DNA of 64,000 nucleotides, taken from a virus (lineage: Duplodnaviria; Caudoviricetes). Positions within the stretch are counted from its first letter, which is position 1. Each line of letters starts with the position of its first letter. The translations under genes were made by a program, and so were the position numbers. Below the pieces are notes generated by a model. It saw only the letters and a list, made by a program, of their open reading frames with translations, was not told the origin of the DNA and ran no database searches. Location of the stretch: positions 64,001-128,000 of the IMG/VR virus record IMGVR_UViG_2595698357_000001; one strand, written 5' to 3'. Positions 9,224-18,249 of this stretch are shown here, piece by piece.

Positions 9224-9795
9224 AAACCACCTTTGAAAAAGTATCAGCTTTAAACCTGGCCTTCGGCAACTCTAAAGGCGACGTACTGAACCCAGACCCG
9301 GCGACCGTGCTCAAGCAAGCCGCTCTGTGTCTGGAAGAAGCCGTTGAGATGATCCAGGAAGGTTTCCCCGGCGTGAAGCTGGTGTTGGGTGTTGACGCCA
9401 AAGGCCGTCAGGTGGTCACCCTGGACAAGAGCGCCTGGGATGGTCAGGTTGATCTGGTGCAGGTTCTGGACGCTCAGGGCGACATGACTACCGTGAACGA
9501 CGGTGTGGCTCATATCGTCGGTGTTGACGGCAACCGCGTCTATGATATCGTTGACGCTTCCAACCGCACCAAGTTCATCCGTTGCCAAGAAGAAGTCGCC
9601 CCGGCGCTGCAGTATTACTTTGACAAGGGCTTCAACCGTGGTGATCTGTACCTGGAAGGCGACTTCCCGGAAATGTGCATCAAGGTGACTGCCGACATCA
9701 CGGTGCAGGGCAAGTTCTACCCACGCGACAAATTCCTGAAGAACGTGGCGACCTTCAAAGAGCCTGACTTCAGTGAGATCTTGGCCGGCGAATAA
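9220..9795 (+). CDS. MazG-like nucleoside triphosphate pyrophosphohydrolase
   Basis: EEAVE..., VLDAQGD, VDASNRTKF all-alpha NTP-PPase pattern. Confidence 0.65.
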   Translation: MKTTFEKVSALNLAFGNSKGDVLNPDPATVLKQAALCLEEAVEMIQEGFPGVKLVLGVDAKGRQVVTLDKSAWDGQVDLVQVLDAQGDMTTVNDGVAHIVGVDGNRVYDIVDASNRTKFIRCQEEVAPALQYYFDKGFNRGDLYLEGDFPEMCIKVTADITVQGKFYPRDKFLKNVATFKEPDFSEILAGE

Positions 9796-9862
9796 CCCGC
9801 AATTTTAATCAATACAAGGGAGGGCTTATAATGGGCTCTCCCTTTTTCATTTGGTGGACGCC

Positions 9863-11053
9863 ATGAAAGACAAGATCTACGACATCCCCTATTGTGGTGT
9901 CGACGAAAATCGAATTAAAAGTGCCAATCCGGTTCTCAACCCGCGCGTTCGCCTGTACGCGTACCAGTGGATGGCAGAGCGCTATCAGATACACATCAGG
10001 AAGGACGTGTACAAGCAGCCTGCTCCCTGGACGGACAATCAGATACTACGCCAGGTCAAATTCTGTAACGTCCGGAGAGAGCACGACAGGCAGTCTCAGT
10101 ACCTCATCAAGAACATCGTCAACAGCAACCTCCCGCTGGCAGACAAGTTGTTCAACTGCGTGATGTTCCGCATGTTTAACCTCTGGGGACCGATTGAGGC
10201 TATTGGTGGACCATTCACCATCTCCGAGTTTGTATCCCTGGATCTGGACCAGGCGCGCTCCGACCTGACCAAATATGAGTCTGCTGGGAACCCGGTGTTC
10301 ACCAACGCGTTCAACACTGGTGGCCTGAAGCAGTCCCTGGCATTCCCTGAGCGCGCCGTTCACGCCGCTGACAAGGTCTCTGGAGAGACTGAAGTGCGTG
10401 TGTTCCGCTTCGGTGGAATCATTGATGAGATGCCGTACAAACAAGCGAAGATGCTCTTACAGAACAACCCTGGTGAGTACGTGATTGAGGGGCGTGAGAC
10501 CCATATGGGCATGCGCGTCGTGCGGTTCCTCAAGCAGTACATGACGGAATTCCCGCACTACTTTGACGGTATCTTGGAGCTGGACAGCCCGCAGGAAGTC
10601 TATGAGTGCCTCCTGAACGACATTGAAGGTCTCGGACCATTCCTGGCCTACCAGGTTTGGGTTGACTTCACCTACAATCCTGACTATCCGTTCAGCGAAA
10701 ACCATTTCACCATCGCTGGTCCAGGGTGTCGCAATGGCATCGACCTGCTCTTCAATCAGAAGGACGGGATGACCTACGAAGAATGCATATTCTGGCTGCG
10801 TGACAACCAGGATGAAGTCTTCGGACAGTACGGCTACAAGCGTGAAGAATTCTGGACGGGTGAAGAAGACCATGACTGTTGCATGAACGTGATGCAGCTG
10901 GAGAACATGTTCTGCGAAATCCAGAAGTACATGCGCTGTGTGGACGCTGTACAAGAAGGCAAAAAGCCGCGTGGTAAGGTCGGCTATGATGGTGCTGGTG
11001 ACAAACAAATCCGTACCGGCTCCGCTAATCTTCTCAACATGATGAGGAAGTGA
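9863..11053 (+). CDS. amino acid:DNA transferase homologue (aGPT-Pplase2 / DNA base hypermodification family)
   Basis: ER..I......PWT.N.IL...KFCNVRREHDR.S, FRMFN, GLGPFLAYQV..D, GPGC..GI, ENMFCE..KY. Confidence 0.85.
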   Translation: MKDKIYDIPYCGVDENRIKSANPVLNPRVRLYAYQWMAERYQIHIRKDVYKQPAPWTDNQILRQVKFCNVRREHDRQSQYLIKNIVNSNLPLADKLFNCVMFRMFNLWGPIEAIGGPFTISEFVSLDLDQARSDLTKYESAGNPVFTNAFNTGGLKQSLAFPERAVHAADKVSGETEVRVFRFGGIIDEMPYKQAKMLLQNNPGEYVIEGRETHMGMRVVRFLKQYMTEFPHYFDGILELDSPQEVYECLLNDIEGLGPFLAYQVWVDFTYNPDYPFSENHFTIAGPGCRNGIDLLFNQKDGMTYEECIFWLRDNQDEVFGQYGYKREEFWTGEEDHDCCMNVMQLENMFCEIQKYMRCVDAVQEGKKPRGKVGYDGAGDKQIRTGSANLLNMMRK

Positions 11054-11054
11054 T

Positions 11055-11156
11055 ATGTTCAGCTTCAAAATGTCTGACGTCTATATCGGCCTGGGGATCA
11101 TTTTTGGTGCGGTGATCCTTCTGACCACTGGTGTGTGCTATCTGATTTGGGGGTAA
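11055..11156 (+). CDS. small single-TM protein (33 aa)
   Basis: MFSFKMSDVYIGLGIIFGAVILLTTGVCYLIWG; GAGG RBS; below ORF-track cut-off. Confidence 0.55.
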   Translation: MFSFKMSDVYIGLGIIFGAVILLTTGVCYLIWG

Positions 11157-11159
11157 CTT

Positions 11160-11185
11160 TTCAATAACTGGTTATAGAGTAATAT
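11160..11185 (+). promoter_or_regulatory. TTCAAT-N14-TAATAT promoter
   Basis: Motif match upstream of the 11254 operon. Confidence 0.65.
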
Positions 11186-11253
11186 AGACCTCGTTAACCC
11201 AACGCACCCGGAACCGCCGGGTGCCATTTGAACTTGAAACAGGAACAACTACA

Positions 11254-13263
11254 ATGTCAAACTTCAAGAATTTCGTGCAGGCTGTCCAAACTCAGCTGGC
11301 GGCTATGTCAACCACAGGCCTGTATGAAGTGGGATTGACCAAAGATGAAGTCTGGAACACTTATCTGGACTCCTTCCCTGAAGGCACCAATCTGATCTAC
11401 AAAGAGCGCCGCGAGTATGACTGCAACTGCTGCAGCCAGTTCATCCGTGACGTCGGTCGTGTCGTTACCATCGTTGACAACAAACTGGTATCCCTGTGGG
11501 ATATTCAGGTTGAAGGTTACTATCAGCCTGTAGCCGACGCGCTGGCCAAACTGGTGAAATCCGCTGCTGTCACTGACGTGTTCGTCCACCCTTCTTCTAA
11601 AGTCGGCGTGGCGTCCAACAACGTGATGCAGGAAGACGGCCAGGTCAAAACCTGGAACCACTTCCACGCTGTTGTCCCGGCTCTCAACGTTAAGCGTGAA
11701 GACGCGATCGCATCCTTCCAGGGTGAGGTTCGTAACAAGCAAGGCGTGTTAAAGCGTGGCCTGGAAACGCTGACGCTGGAATCTGCTGAGATCGTCCTGG
11801 AGCTGATCGATCAGAACTCACTGTATCGCGGCGAAGAGCACCGTGCAGCTGTGGCTCACTTCATTGAAATGAAGAAAGAATTTGATGCGCTGCCGCAGGG
11901 CGAAGCCGACAACTTCATCTGGGTGGCCTACGGCAAGAGCACGTTCCAGCCTATCCGCAACACGTCCATCGGCACCATGCTGGTCGACCTGAGCGAGGGT
12001 ATGGATCTGGAAGACGCTGTTAAGCGCTTTGAGAAAGTGGTCGCTCCGGCGAACTACAAGCGCCCAACGGCCATCGTCTCCAAGTCGATGATCGAAAACG
12101 CTGAGAAGGCAATTGACGCCCTGGGGCTGACCGATTCCCTGCCGCGCCGTTATGCCACGGAAGCCGACCTAAACATCAACAACGTTCTGTTCGCTGACCG
12201 GGCGGTTAAGAAGTCGATGAGCGTGTTCGACGACATGAAGGGCGAAGTCAAAGTTGCGACCAAGTCCCTGGATAAAGTCGAAGAGATCAGCATCTCCGAT
12301 TTTATCGCCAACGTCATTCCCAAGGCACACAGCCTGGAAGTGATGGTTGAAAACAGCCATGCCAACAACCTGTTCAGCCTGATCGCCCCGGTAAATGCGG
12401 GCGCGCCAAACCTGTTCAAGTGGGGCAATCCGTTCTCGTGGTCTTACAACGGCGAAGTCGCAGCCTCTATTAAAGAGCGCGTGAAATCGGCTGGCGGTAA
12501 CGTTGATGGCGAAATGCGTATCTCGCTATCCTGGTTCAACAACGACGATCTGGATCTGCATGTGCATGAGCCTAATGGCGAGCACATCTACTTCCATCAC
12601 CGTAACTCCACGTCTGGTGGCATGCTGGACATCGACATGAACGGCCTCGGCGGTATGTCGCCAACGCGCACCCCAGTTGAGAACGTCTTCTGGCGCCGGG
12701 CTTCCAGCATGCGTGAAGGTGTTTACACCATCGTGGTGAACAACTACAGCGCCCGTGAAATGATCGACGTTGGCTTCGAAATGGAGATCGAGTTCAAAGG
12801 CCAGAAGTACAACTTCGTGTATGACAAGAAGGTCAGCACTGGACAGAACATCGTTGTCGCCAAGGTGAAATACAGCCACGCCAATGGCCTGGAAATTGTT
12901 GAAAGCATCGGCCAGACCACACTGTCGAAAGACCTGTGGGGCATCAAGACTCAGACCTTCGTTCCGGTGACCATGGTGATGAACTCACCTAACCATTGGG
13001 ACGGTGAAGAGACTGGCAACCGCCATTACTTCTTCATGCTGAAGGGTTGCCAGAACCCGTCGTCGACTCGCGGCTTCTACAATGAGTACCTGAAGTCTGA
13101 ACTGAACGAGCATCGCAAGGTGCTGGAGATCCTGGGTAGCAAACTGCGGGTTGAGCATTCGCCTGAGCAGGTGAGCGGTATCGGCTTTGAGAGCACGGTT
13201 CGCAACCACCTGTTGGTCAAGGTCGGCGGTTCCTTCAACCGTACACTGAAAATCGTATTCTAA
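11254..13263 (+). CDS. large conserved hypothetical protein with CxCC motif and YfaP/DUF2135-like domain
   Basis: REYDCNCC near N-terminus; ISLSWFNNDDLDLHVHEPNGEHIYF...LDIDMN...PVENVFW. Confidence 0.8.
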   Translation: MSNFKNFVQAVQTQLAAMSTTGLYEVGLTKDEVWNTYLDSFPEGTNLIYKERREYDCNCCSQFIRDVGRVVTIVDNKLVSLWDIQVEGYYQPVADALAKLVKSAAVTDVFVHPSSKVGVASNNVMQEDGQVKTWNHFHAVVPALNVKREDAIASFQGEVRNKQGVLKRGLETLTLESAEIVLELIDQNSLYRGEEHRAAVAHFIEMKKEFDALPQGEADNFIWVAYGKSTFQPIRNTSIGTMLVDLSEGMDLEDAVKRFEKVVAPANYKRPTAIVSKSMIENAEKAIDALGLTDSLPRRYATEADLNINNVLFADRAVKKSMSVFDDMKGEVKVATKSLDKVEEISISDFIANVIPKAHSLEVMVENSHANNLFSLIAPVNAGAPNLFKWGNPFSWSYNGEVAASIKERVKSAGGNVDGEMRISLSWFNNDDLDLHVHEPNGEHIYFHHRNSTSGGMLDIDMNGLGGMSPTRTPVENVFWRRASSMREGVYTIVVNNYSAREMIDVGFEMEIEFKGQKYNFVYDKKVSTGQNIVVAKVKYSHANGLEIVESIGQTTLSKDLWGIKTQTFVPVTMVMNSPNHWDGEETGNRHYFFMLKGCQNPSSTRGFYNEYLKSELNEHRKVLEILGSKLRVEHSPEQVSGIGFESTVRNHLLVKVGGSFNRTLKIVF

Positions 13264-13320
13264 TCTGCCGGGGCGTTCGCGCCCCTAACCAAACAAACTG
13301 TTGAATTTAGGAGAAATACC

Positions 13321-13716
13321 ATGGCTGAGCAAAACATCTTTGAAGTTGCTTCCCGTAAGAAACTGCGCTTCAACACCGTGAAAGGTCCGATCTCTACTGA
13401 AGACCTGTGGGATCTGAAACTGGAAACTGGTGCTGTCAACCTGAACCAGGTTGCGCAGATCATCCATCGTGAGCAACAAGCCGCCGGTGAGGTGAACTTC
13501 GTGTCCACCAAGCCCACTGCCAACGCCGAGCTGGATCTGAAGATGGAAATCGTCAAGCATGTCATCGCTTACAAGATCCAGCTGCAAGATCAGCAAACCC
13601 GTGCGGCGGCAACCCGCCAGCGCAATGAGCTGATCACCGACATCATCGCGCGCAAACAGCAGTCTGAGCTGGAAGGTAAATCCATCGAAGAACTGCAGGC
13701 GATGCTGGACAAGTAA
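13321..13716 (+). CDS. conserved hypothetical coiled-coil protein
   Basis: AGGAG RBS; IFE.ASR.KLRF...G..S.EDLWDL motif common in phages. Confidence 0.8.
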   Translation: MAEQNIFEVASRKKLRFNTVKGPISTEDLWDLKLETGAVNLNQVAQIIHREQQAAGEVNFVSTKPTANAELDLKMEIVKHVIAYKIQLQDQQTRAAATRQRNELITDIIARKQQSELEGKSIEELQAMLDK

Positions 13717-13733
13717 CCCCCGACGTCCTCAAC

Positions 13734-13755
13734 AGCCCTCTCCGGAGGGCTTTTT
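13734..13755 (+). terminator. intrinsic terminator
   Basis: AGCCCTC-TCCG-GAGGGCT-TTTT. Confidence 0.8.
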
Positions 13756-13770
13756 GCTTAGGAGACAAAC

Positions 13771-14526
13771 ATGTCCCGTAAAGGTAAACGCCTCACCCCT
13801 GACCTTCTGAAGTCCCGAATCGTGGATGTCCAGTACGAAGACCGCGAAGTGCTCGGGCAACGCATGGTCACGGCCAACTTCAAGATGGACAATGGGTTCA
13901 TCGTCTATGGGAAGAAGCCTAGCACCACCATTGACCCTGCTGGTTTCGACCCTGACATGGCGCGCAAGATATCCTATGAGAACACCCTGGAGCAACTCTG
14001 GGAGCTGGAGGCATATCGCGCGCTGTCTGAGTCTGCGTTGTTGGAATCCGCATGTGGTGTTGAAATCGACGTGTTCAAGTACAAGATTCGGTCGTCTGAG
14101 TTATTTGAGCACTACCAGCACCAGACCAAAGCGATATCTCTGACATTCCAACCCCCGGCTCGCGAAGGTTATATCACGGCAGAACCATTCACTGTCACCA
14201 TGTATCACCCTAACCAGTACCAGTCTTTCGAAGACCTGAACAACGCGGTTATCCAAACCGTGAAGGACTATCTTCTGAAGAACATCCCGGCTGATATTCT
14301 GTATCCGCCTCTCATCTATCGCATTGCCAAGACCGCGTACACGGCTCAATATGTGTACGCGTTGGCCGAACTGGATGGCAGCACACGGCCTTGGGAAGGG
14401 CTGAAAGAAGTGGAGCGCGGGGATATTTGCCGCCGGGTAGTCGAAATCGTGAAGGGGGAAGGTGGTCGATTCCCGCAGAGCCTCTCCAACAAGATATTCG
14501 TGGCGGTTGTGAACTCCTTCAAGTAA
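13771..14526 (+). CDS. Phage_gp49_66 (N4 gp49/Sf6 gp66)-domain protein with C-terminal extension
   Basis: MDNGFIVYG..STTIDPAGFDPDMARKISYEN..EQLWELEAYR. Confidence 0.75.
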   Translation: MSRKGKRLTPDLLKSRIVDVQYEDREVLGQRMVTANFKMDNGFIVYGKKPSTTIDPAGFDPDMARKISYENTLEQLWELEAYRALSESALLESACGVEIDVFKYKIRSSELFEHYQHQTKAISLTFQPPAREGYITAEPFTVTMYHPNQYQSFEDLNNAVIQTVKDYLLKNIPADILYPPLIYRIAKTAYTAQYVYALAELDGSTRPWEGLKEVERGDICRRVVEIVKGEGGRFPQSLSNKIFVAVVNSFK

Positions 14527-14596
14527 AATATGGGTTTCTATATGGCAACACGGTTATAATGGTCGTGTTGTCAATACTGACAGGAATCAATAACTT

Positions 14597-14803
14597 ATGC
14601 ACATTTTAGAAGAAGTGTTCAATGACATCAAGGCGGCTGCAGCTAATGCCCCGGCTTGTGTCCAAAACCCAGCATCTCAGGCTATGCTCCTGGGCCAAAT
14701 CGCCCATGCTCAAGCTGAGATGAACAACGCATTCGACCAGGCCAAGCGTAAGCTGATGGCTCTGCCGAAAGATCACCCTACCTTCCAATCACAGGACTAT
14801 TAA
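14597..14803 (+). CDS. hypothetical protein
   Basis: 68 aa, AGGA RBS, downstream of a TATAAT promoter. Confidence 0.65.
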   Translation: MHILEEVFNDIKAAAANAPACVQNPASQAMLLGQIAHAQAEMNNAFDQAKRKLMALPKDHPTFQSQDY

Positions 14804-14805
14804 CG

Positions 14806-16992
14806 ATGATCAGCTCTCTCGTCTTCAAAGACGCAGTCAAGACCCCAGCGCCAACCAACCACGTGTTTGTTGTGGACATCTCATATTCGATGTGCAATGC
14901 GTTGCCGAAGGTTCGCCAGCATCTGAAGAACAACCTGGCCACTCTGGTCAAGCAGGATGACACTGTTTCTATTCTGTACTTCTCATCCAAAGGCCAATTC
15001 GGCCCAGTGTTTGTCGGTGAGCCGGTTCGCCATGTCAGTGACCTAAGTGTAATCAACAGCGCTATCGACCGCTATCTGGTTCCGACCGGCTGCACCGGCT
15101 TTGTAGAGCCTCTTCAGCTGGCCGTAAGCACTGCTGCCGATCTGCGTGACAACGGCAACAATAACAGCCTGATCTTCATGACCGACGGTTATGACAACGA
15201 ATGGTCTGAAGCGAAGATCCTGGACGCCACAGACAAGCTGAATGCGGTTTATGACAGCGTCACCTTCATCGAATACGGCTGGAACTGTAACCGCCCTCTG
15301 CTGGTGAAAATGTCCGAACTGACCGGTGCGCTGCATGTGTTCGCAGAAGGTTGGGAGCAGTATGCCCCGGCGCTGGAAGAAGCACTCTCTTCCTCTGCAT
15401 CCAAGCGCATCAACATCGACGTTCCTGAGACCGCGTCTCATATCATCTATCTGGACGGCGATCGTGTGCAGGTCAACGTTGCCCACCTGGGTAAAGCGAC
15501 CATCCCTGAGCACGTGAACGAAGTCTGGGCTGTCAACAAAGACGTCGGCGCGTCGCTGGCGAACCAGAAGAACCAGACCCTGCTGTACTCCGTCCTGTTC
15601 TACTCCGTGCACATTATGGAGCCGGACCTGGCGTGGGCTGTTCTGAAGGTTCTGGGCGACGTTCGCTTCATTAAGCTGTACAACAACTGCTTCACCAAGC
15701 AGGACTACAGCACCTTCAAAGACCTGGTGCAGGCCGCTGTGTTCGACCCGAACGAGCGTCTGGCCGAAGGTTATAATCCGGACATGGTTCCAGACGAGAA
15801 CGCAGCGACTGTTGTTGACGTCCTGGAGTTCCTGGCTGAAAACGAAGTGTCCATCGACATGGGTAGCCCTCAGTTCACCTATCAGCGCATCGGTGCTGCG
15901 ACTACGCAGAAATCCGACGACACTGAAGACCAGTTGGCTGAGCAGATCGCCAATGCAGCCACTAAGGAAGAGCGCAAGGCTCTCGCTGCCGAGCTGGCTA
16001 ATGCACAGGAATGGACGCCGGAGTTCGTTCAGTCCCCTGGAGCGGCTCTCGTACCGGTGAACACGCTGGTTTACAACTCCAGCCGTCCTAACATCAGTGT
16101 GCAGACCAGCCGCCAGGGTACTATCCAAGTCCCGGCTGAAGTACGGGCGAAGTTCCCGACGCTGCCGGAAGTGTTGCCGAGCCACATCTATCGCAACTAT
16201 ACCATCGTGCGTGACGGCATCATCAACATGAAGTTGTTGCCTATCGACTGCAGCCCTGAACTGGTAGCTCAGCTGTTCGCCATGGGTGCCAAGGTCTACG
16301 GTAACGCAGGCAAATACGTCCTCGACCTGGCATCTGTGCCGTTGATCAACCGTGGTATGACCCGTGGTATCAAAGCGACCGAGCACTTCGCTGACTCCGT
16401 TCGCCTGGAAGATCTGAAAGCCCGTCAGAAGGTGCTGAAGTTCTACCGCGATGAGCTGGCCGGTCCGAAGTCGAACGCAGTTGGTCTGTCTGGCCTGTAT
16501 GGTCATGAAGCGGCCGAGTACCTGAGCAACCACGGCATCCGTGACTATGGCTTCTCACCGAAAACTCAGTCTGTAGAGAGCACTGACTTCTACTACAGCA
16601 AAGAGCTGAACGTGAAGATCAAAGGTCTGTCGTCCTTGCCGTCGGTTAATGCGGTGCGCACGAAGCTGGAGAAGGGTTCCAAGCTGAACGCAGGCGATGC
16701 CCTGATTGCCAAGCACCTGAAAGAGTACGATGACTTCATCAATAGCCCTATCGTCACCAAGGCGGCGGGTAAAGATAAGATCATCGATGCGTGGCTGCGC
16801 GACGAGGCCAAGGCTGCTATCCAGGAAGTTCGTGTCCTGAACAAGAAGCTGTCCAAGACCCTGTACGCCATTGTTGCCGGTCATGCCTGGTTCGCTGATC
16901 TGGACTTCGAAGACACCACTCTGGACGTGAAGGTTGACGGCGTGACTTACACCGTGACTGCAGTCCTGGAAGACAAAGAAGTCAAAATCTGA
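14806..16992 (+). CDS. von Willebrand factor A (VWA) domain protein
   Basis: MIDAS DISYS, conserved T (GCT), FMTDG in the N-terminal ~190 aa. Confidence 0.88.
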   Translation: MISSLVFKDAVKTPAPTNHVFVVDISYSMCNALPKVRQHLKNNLATLVKQDDTVSILYFSSKGQFGPVFVGEPVRHVSDLSVINSAIDRYLVPTGCTGFVEPLQLAVSTAADLRDNGNNNSLIFMTDGYDNEWSEAKILDATDKLNAVYDSVTFIEYGWNCNRPLLVKMSELTGALHVFAEGWEQYAPALEEALSSSASKRINIDVPETASHIIYLDGDRVQVNVAHLGKATIPEHVNEVWAVNKDVGASLANQKNQTLLYSVLFYSVHIMEPDLAWAVLKVLGDVRFIKLYNNCFTKQDYSTFKDLVQAAVFDPNERLAEGYNPDMVPDENAATVVDVLEFLAENEVSIDMGSPQFTYQRIGAATTQKSDDTEDQLAEQIANAATKEERKALAAELANAQEWTPEFVQSPGAALVPVNTLVYNSSRPNISVQTSRQGTIQVPAEVRAKFPTLPEVLPSHIYRNYTIVRDGIINMKLLPIDCSPELVAQLFAMGAKVYGNAGKYVLDLASVPLINRGMTRGIKATEHFADSVRLEDLKARQKVLKFYRDELAGPKSNAVGLSGLYGHEAAEYLSNHGIRDYGFSPKTQSVESTDFYYSKELNVKIKGLSSLPSVNAVRTKLEKGSKLNAGDALIAKHLKEYDDFINSPIVTKAAGKDKIIDAWLRDEAKAAIQEVRVLNKKLSKTLYAIVAGHAWFADLDFEDTTLDVKVDGVTYTVTAVLEDKEVKI

Positions 16993-16997
16993 CGCGG

Positions 16998-17043
16998 AAG
17001 CCCCCAACTGGGGGCTTTTCAATAACTGGTTGCATGGTATACT
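16998..17043 (+). terminator. intrinsic terminator overlapping a TTCAAT-N14-TATACT promoter
   Basis: AAGCCCCCA-AC-TGGGGGCTTTT followed immediately by the promoter motif at 17018-17043. Confidence 0.75.
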
Positions 17044-17073
17044 TCAATGAAATCCACAACTGAGGTCAATGCC

Positions 17074-17316
17074 ATGCAACTTTCCAAAGAAACCCAAACC
17101 ATCCTTGACGCCCTGGTCGCTGAGGGTAATCCTGAAGCCACCCAGCTGCAGGCTGATATCACCAAGCGTAAGATCAAGAGCATCAACCAGTGCCGCCATG
17201 CCACCCGCTGGGGTGATTATGTGATGTTGCACCAGTTGGGGCTGTCTGTTGGTCCTCTGTACTTCATCGGTATCGATCCTTTGACTCAGGTCAAGATGGT
17301 AGAATTCATGGGGTGA
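17074..17316 (+). CDS. hypothetical protein
   Basis: GAGGT RBS before ATG 17074. Confidence 0.65.
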   Translation: MQLSKETQTILDALVAEGNPEATQLQADITKRKIKSINQCRHATRWGDYVMLHQLGLSVGPLYFIGIDPLTQVKMVEFMG

Positions 17317-17319
17317 CCT

Positions 17320-17565
17320 ATGTCACAAGAAGCGGTTAACGACATGGCCATGCAATTGGCTGGTCAACTTTTGATGGAGGACGAAGCCCTGTATCAGTAC
17401 CTGGGCGAGGACTTCATCGAGGCAATGGGTGATGGCGTCTACCAGGCTGTGGCTGAGGCCGTCGCAAACATCGGTGCTGCTATCCTGCGCGAGCACACGG
17501 GTAAACATTTCTCCATCATCACCCCTGAGTTGCTGGTGATGGAGATAAGGAAGCACAAGAAATGA
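17320..17565 (+). CDS. hypothetical protein
   Basis: Tightly packed operon ORF. Confidence 0.7.
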   Translation: MSQEAVNDMAMQLAGQLLMEDEALYQYLGEDFIEAMGDGVYQAVAEAVANIGAAILREHTGKHFSIITPELLVMEIRKHKK

Positions 17566-17888
17566 ACGGCCTGGAACTGTATTTCTATATCTGTGGGATC
17601 CTGCTCAACATACTCGGCGGCGCGCTGCTGTCTGTGGTCTTCTGGTCTTGGTTCCTGGTTCCCCTCGTGGAGTCATTCAGCCGTATCCGCTGGGATATCA
17701 AGTGTGTCAAAGCCAGTGGTGGTAAACCCAAATTCAGATTGGTGGTTGCCGCCTGGTGGTCCCACTTCGTTGAAGATCACCTGGGTGGCCGAAATTTTGA
17801 AGCCCTGCATTGCAACAACGGTTCCTGGTATGGTATCGGGAACTACACCGTTCTAACCAAAGAGGAAGTCGAAAATGGCAGTGAATAA
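17562..17888 (+). CDS. hypothetical membrane protein
   Basis: N-terminal TM helix; ATGA overlap. Confidence 0.7.
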   Translation: MNGLELYFYICGILLNILGGALLSVVFWSWFLVPLVESFSRIRWDIKCVKASGGKPKFRLVVAAWWSHFVEDHLGGRNFEALHCNNGSWYGIGNYTVLTKEEVENGSE

Positions 17889-18147
17889 AGAAGACGTACT
17901 GGCTCAGGTAATCCGTTCCATCAAAGAGCTGTCGTACCACCACATCGGTGACAAACTGAATGTCGAGGATCCGAGCAAGCTGACCATCAATGACGACCTG
18001 TGGTTTGATGAGCTGGATCGCATTGAGCTGATCATGGAGCTGGAAGAGCACTATGAAATCGAAATCGACGATGAAAAGGTGGAAGCTGCCGTCACCGTCG
18101 GCGATGTGGTCAACCTGGTTGAAAAACTGGTGAACGAGCTGGGTTAA
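17875..18147 (+). CDS. acyl carrier protein-like protein (phosphopantetheine Ser replaced by Glu)
   Basis: DDLWFDELDRIELIMELEEHYEIEIDDEKVE...TVGDVV matches ACP helices II-IV. Confidence 0.85.
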   Translation: MAVNKEDVLAQVIRSIKELSYHHIGDKLNVEDPSKLTINDDLWFDELDRIELIMELEEHYEIEIDDEKVEAAVTVGDVVNLVEKLVNELG

Positions 18148-18153
18148 AAATAT

Positions 18154-18194
18154 TTATTGAAAAAGTTTTACTTCTTCAATAAATGGCGTATAGT
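18154..18194 (+). promoter_or_regulatory. early sigma70-type promoter with TTATTGAA/TTCAATAA inverted repeat around -35
   Basis: TTATTGAA-AAAGTTTTACTTC-TTCAATAA, -10 TATAGT. Confidence 0.75.
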
Positions 18195-18249
18195 TAAGTT
18201 CATGAGGGGGCGATAACCGCTCCCTAACTTGAAAAGCAGGAACTATACG

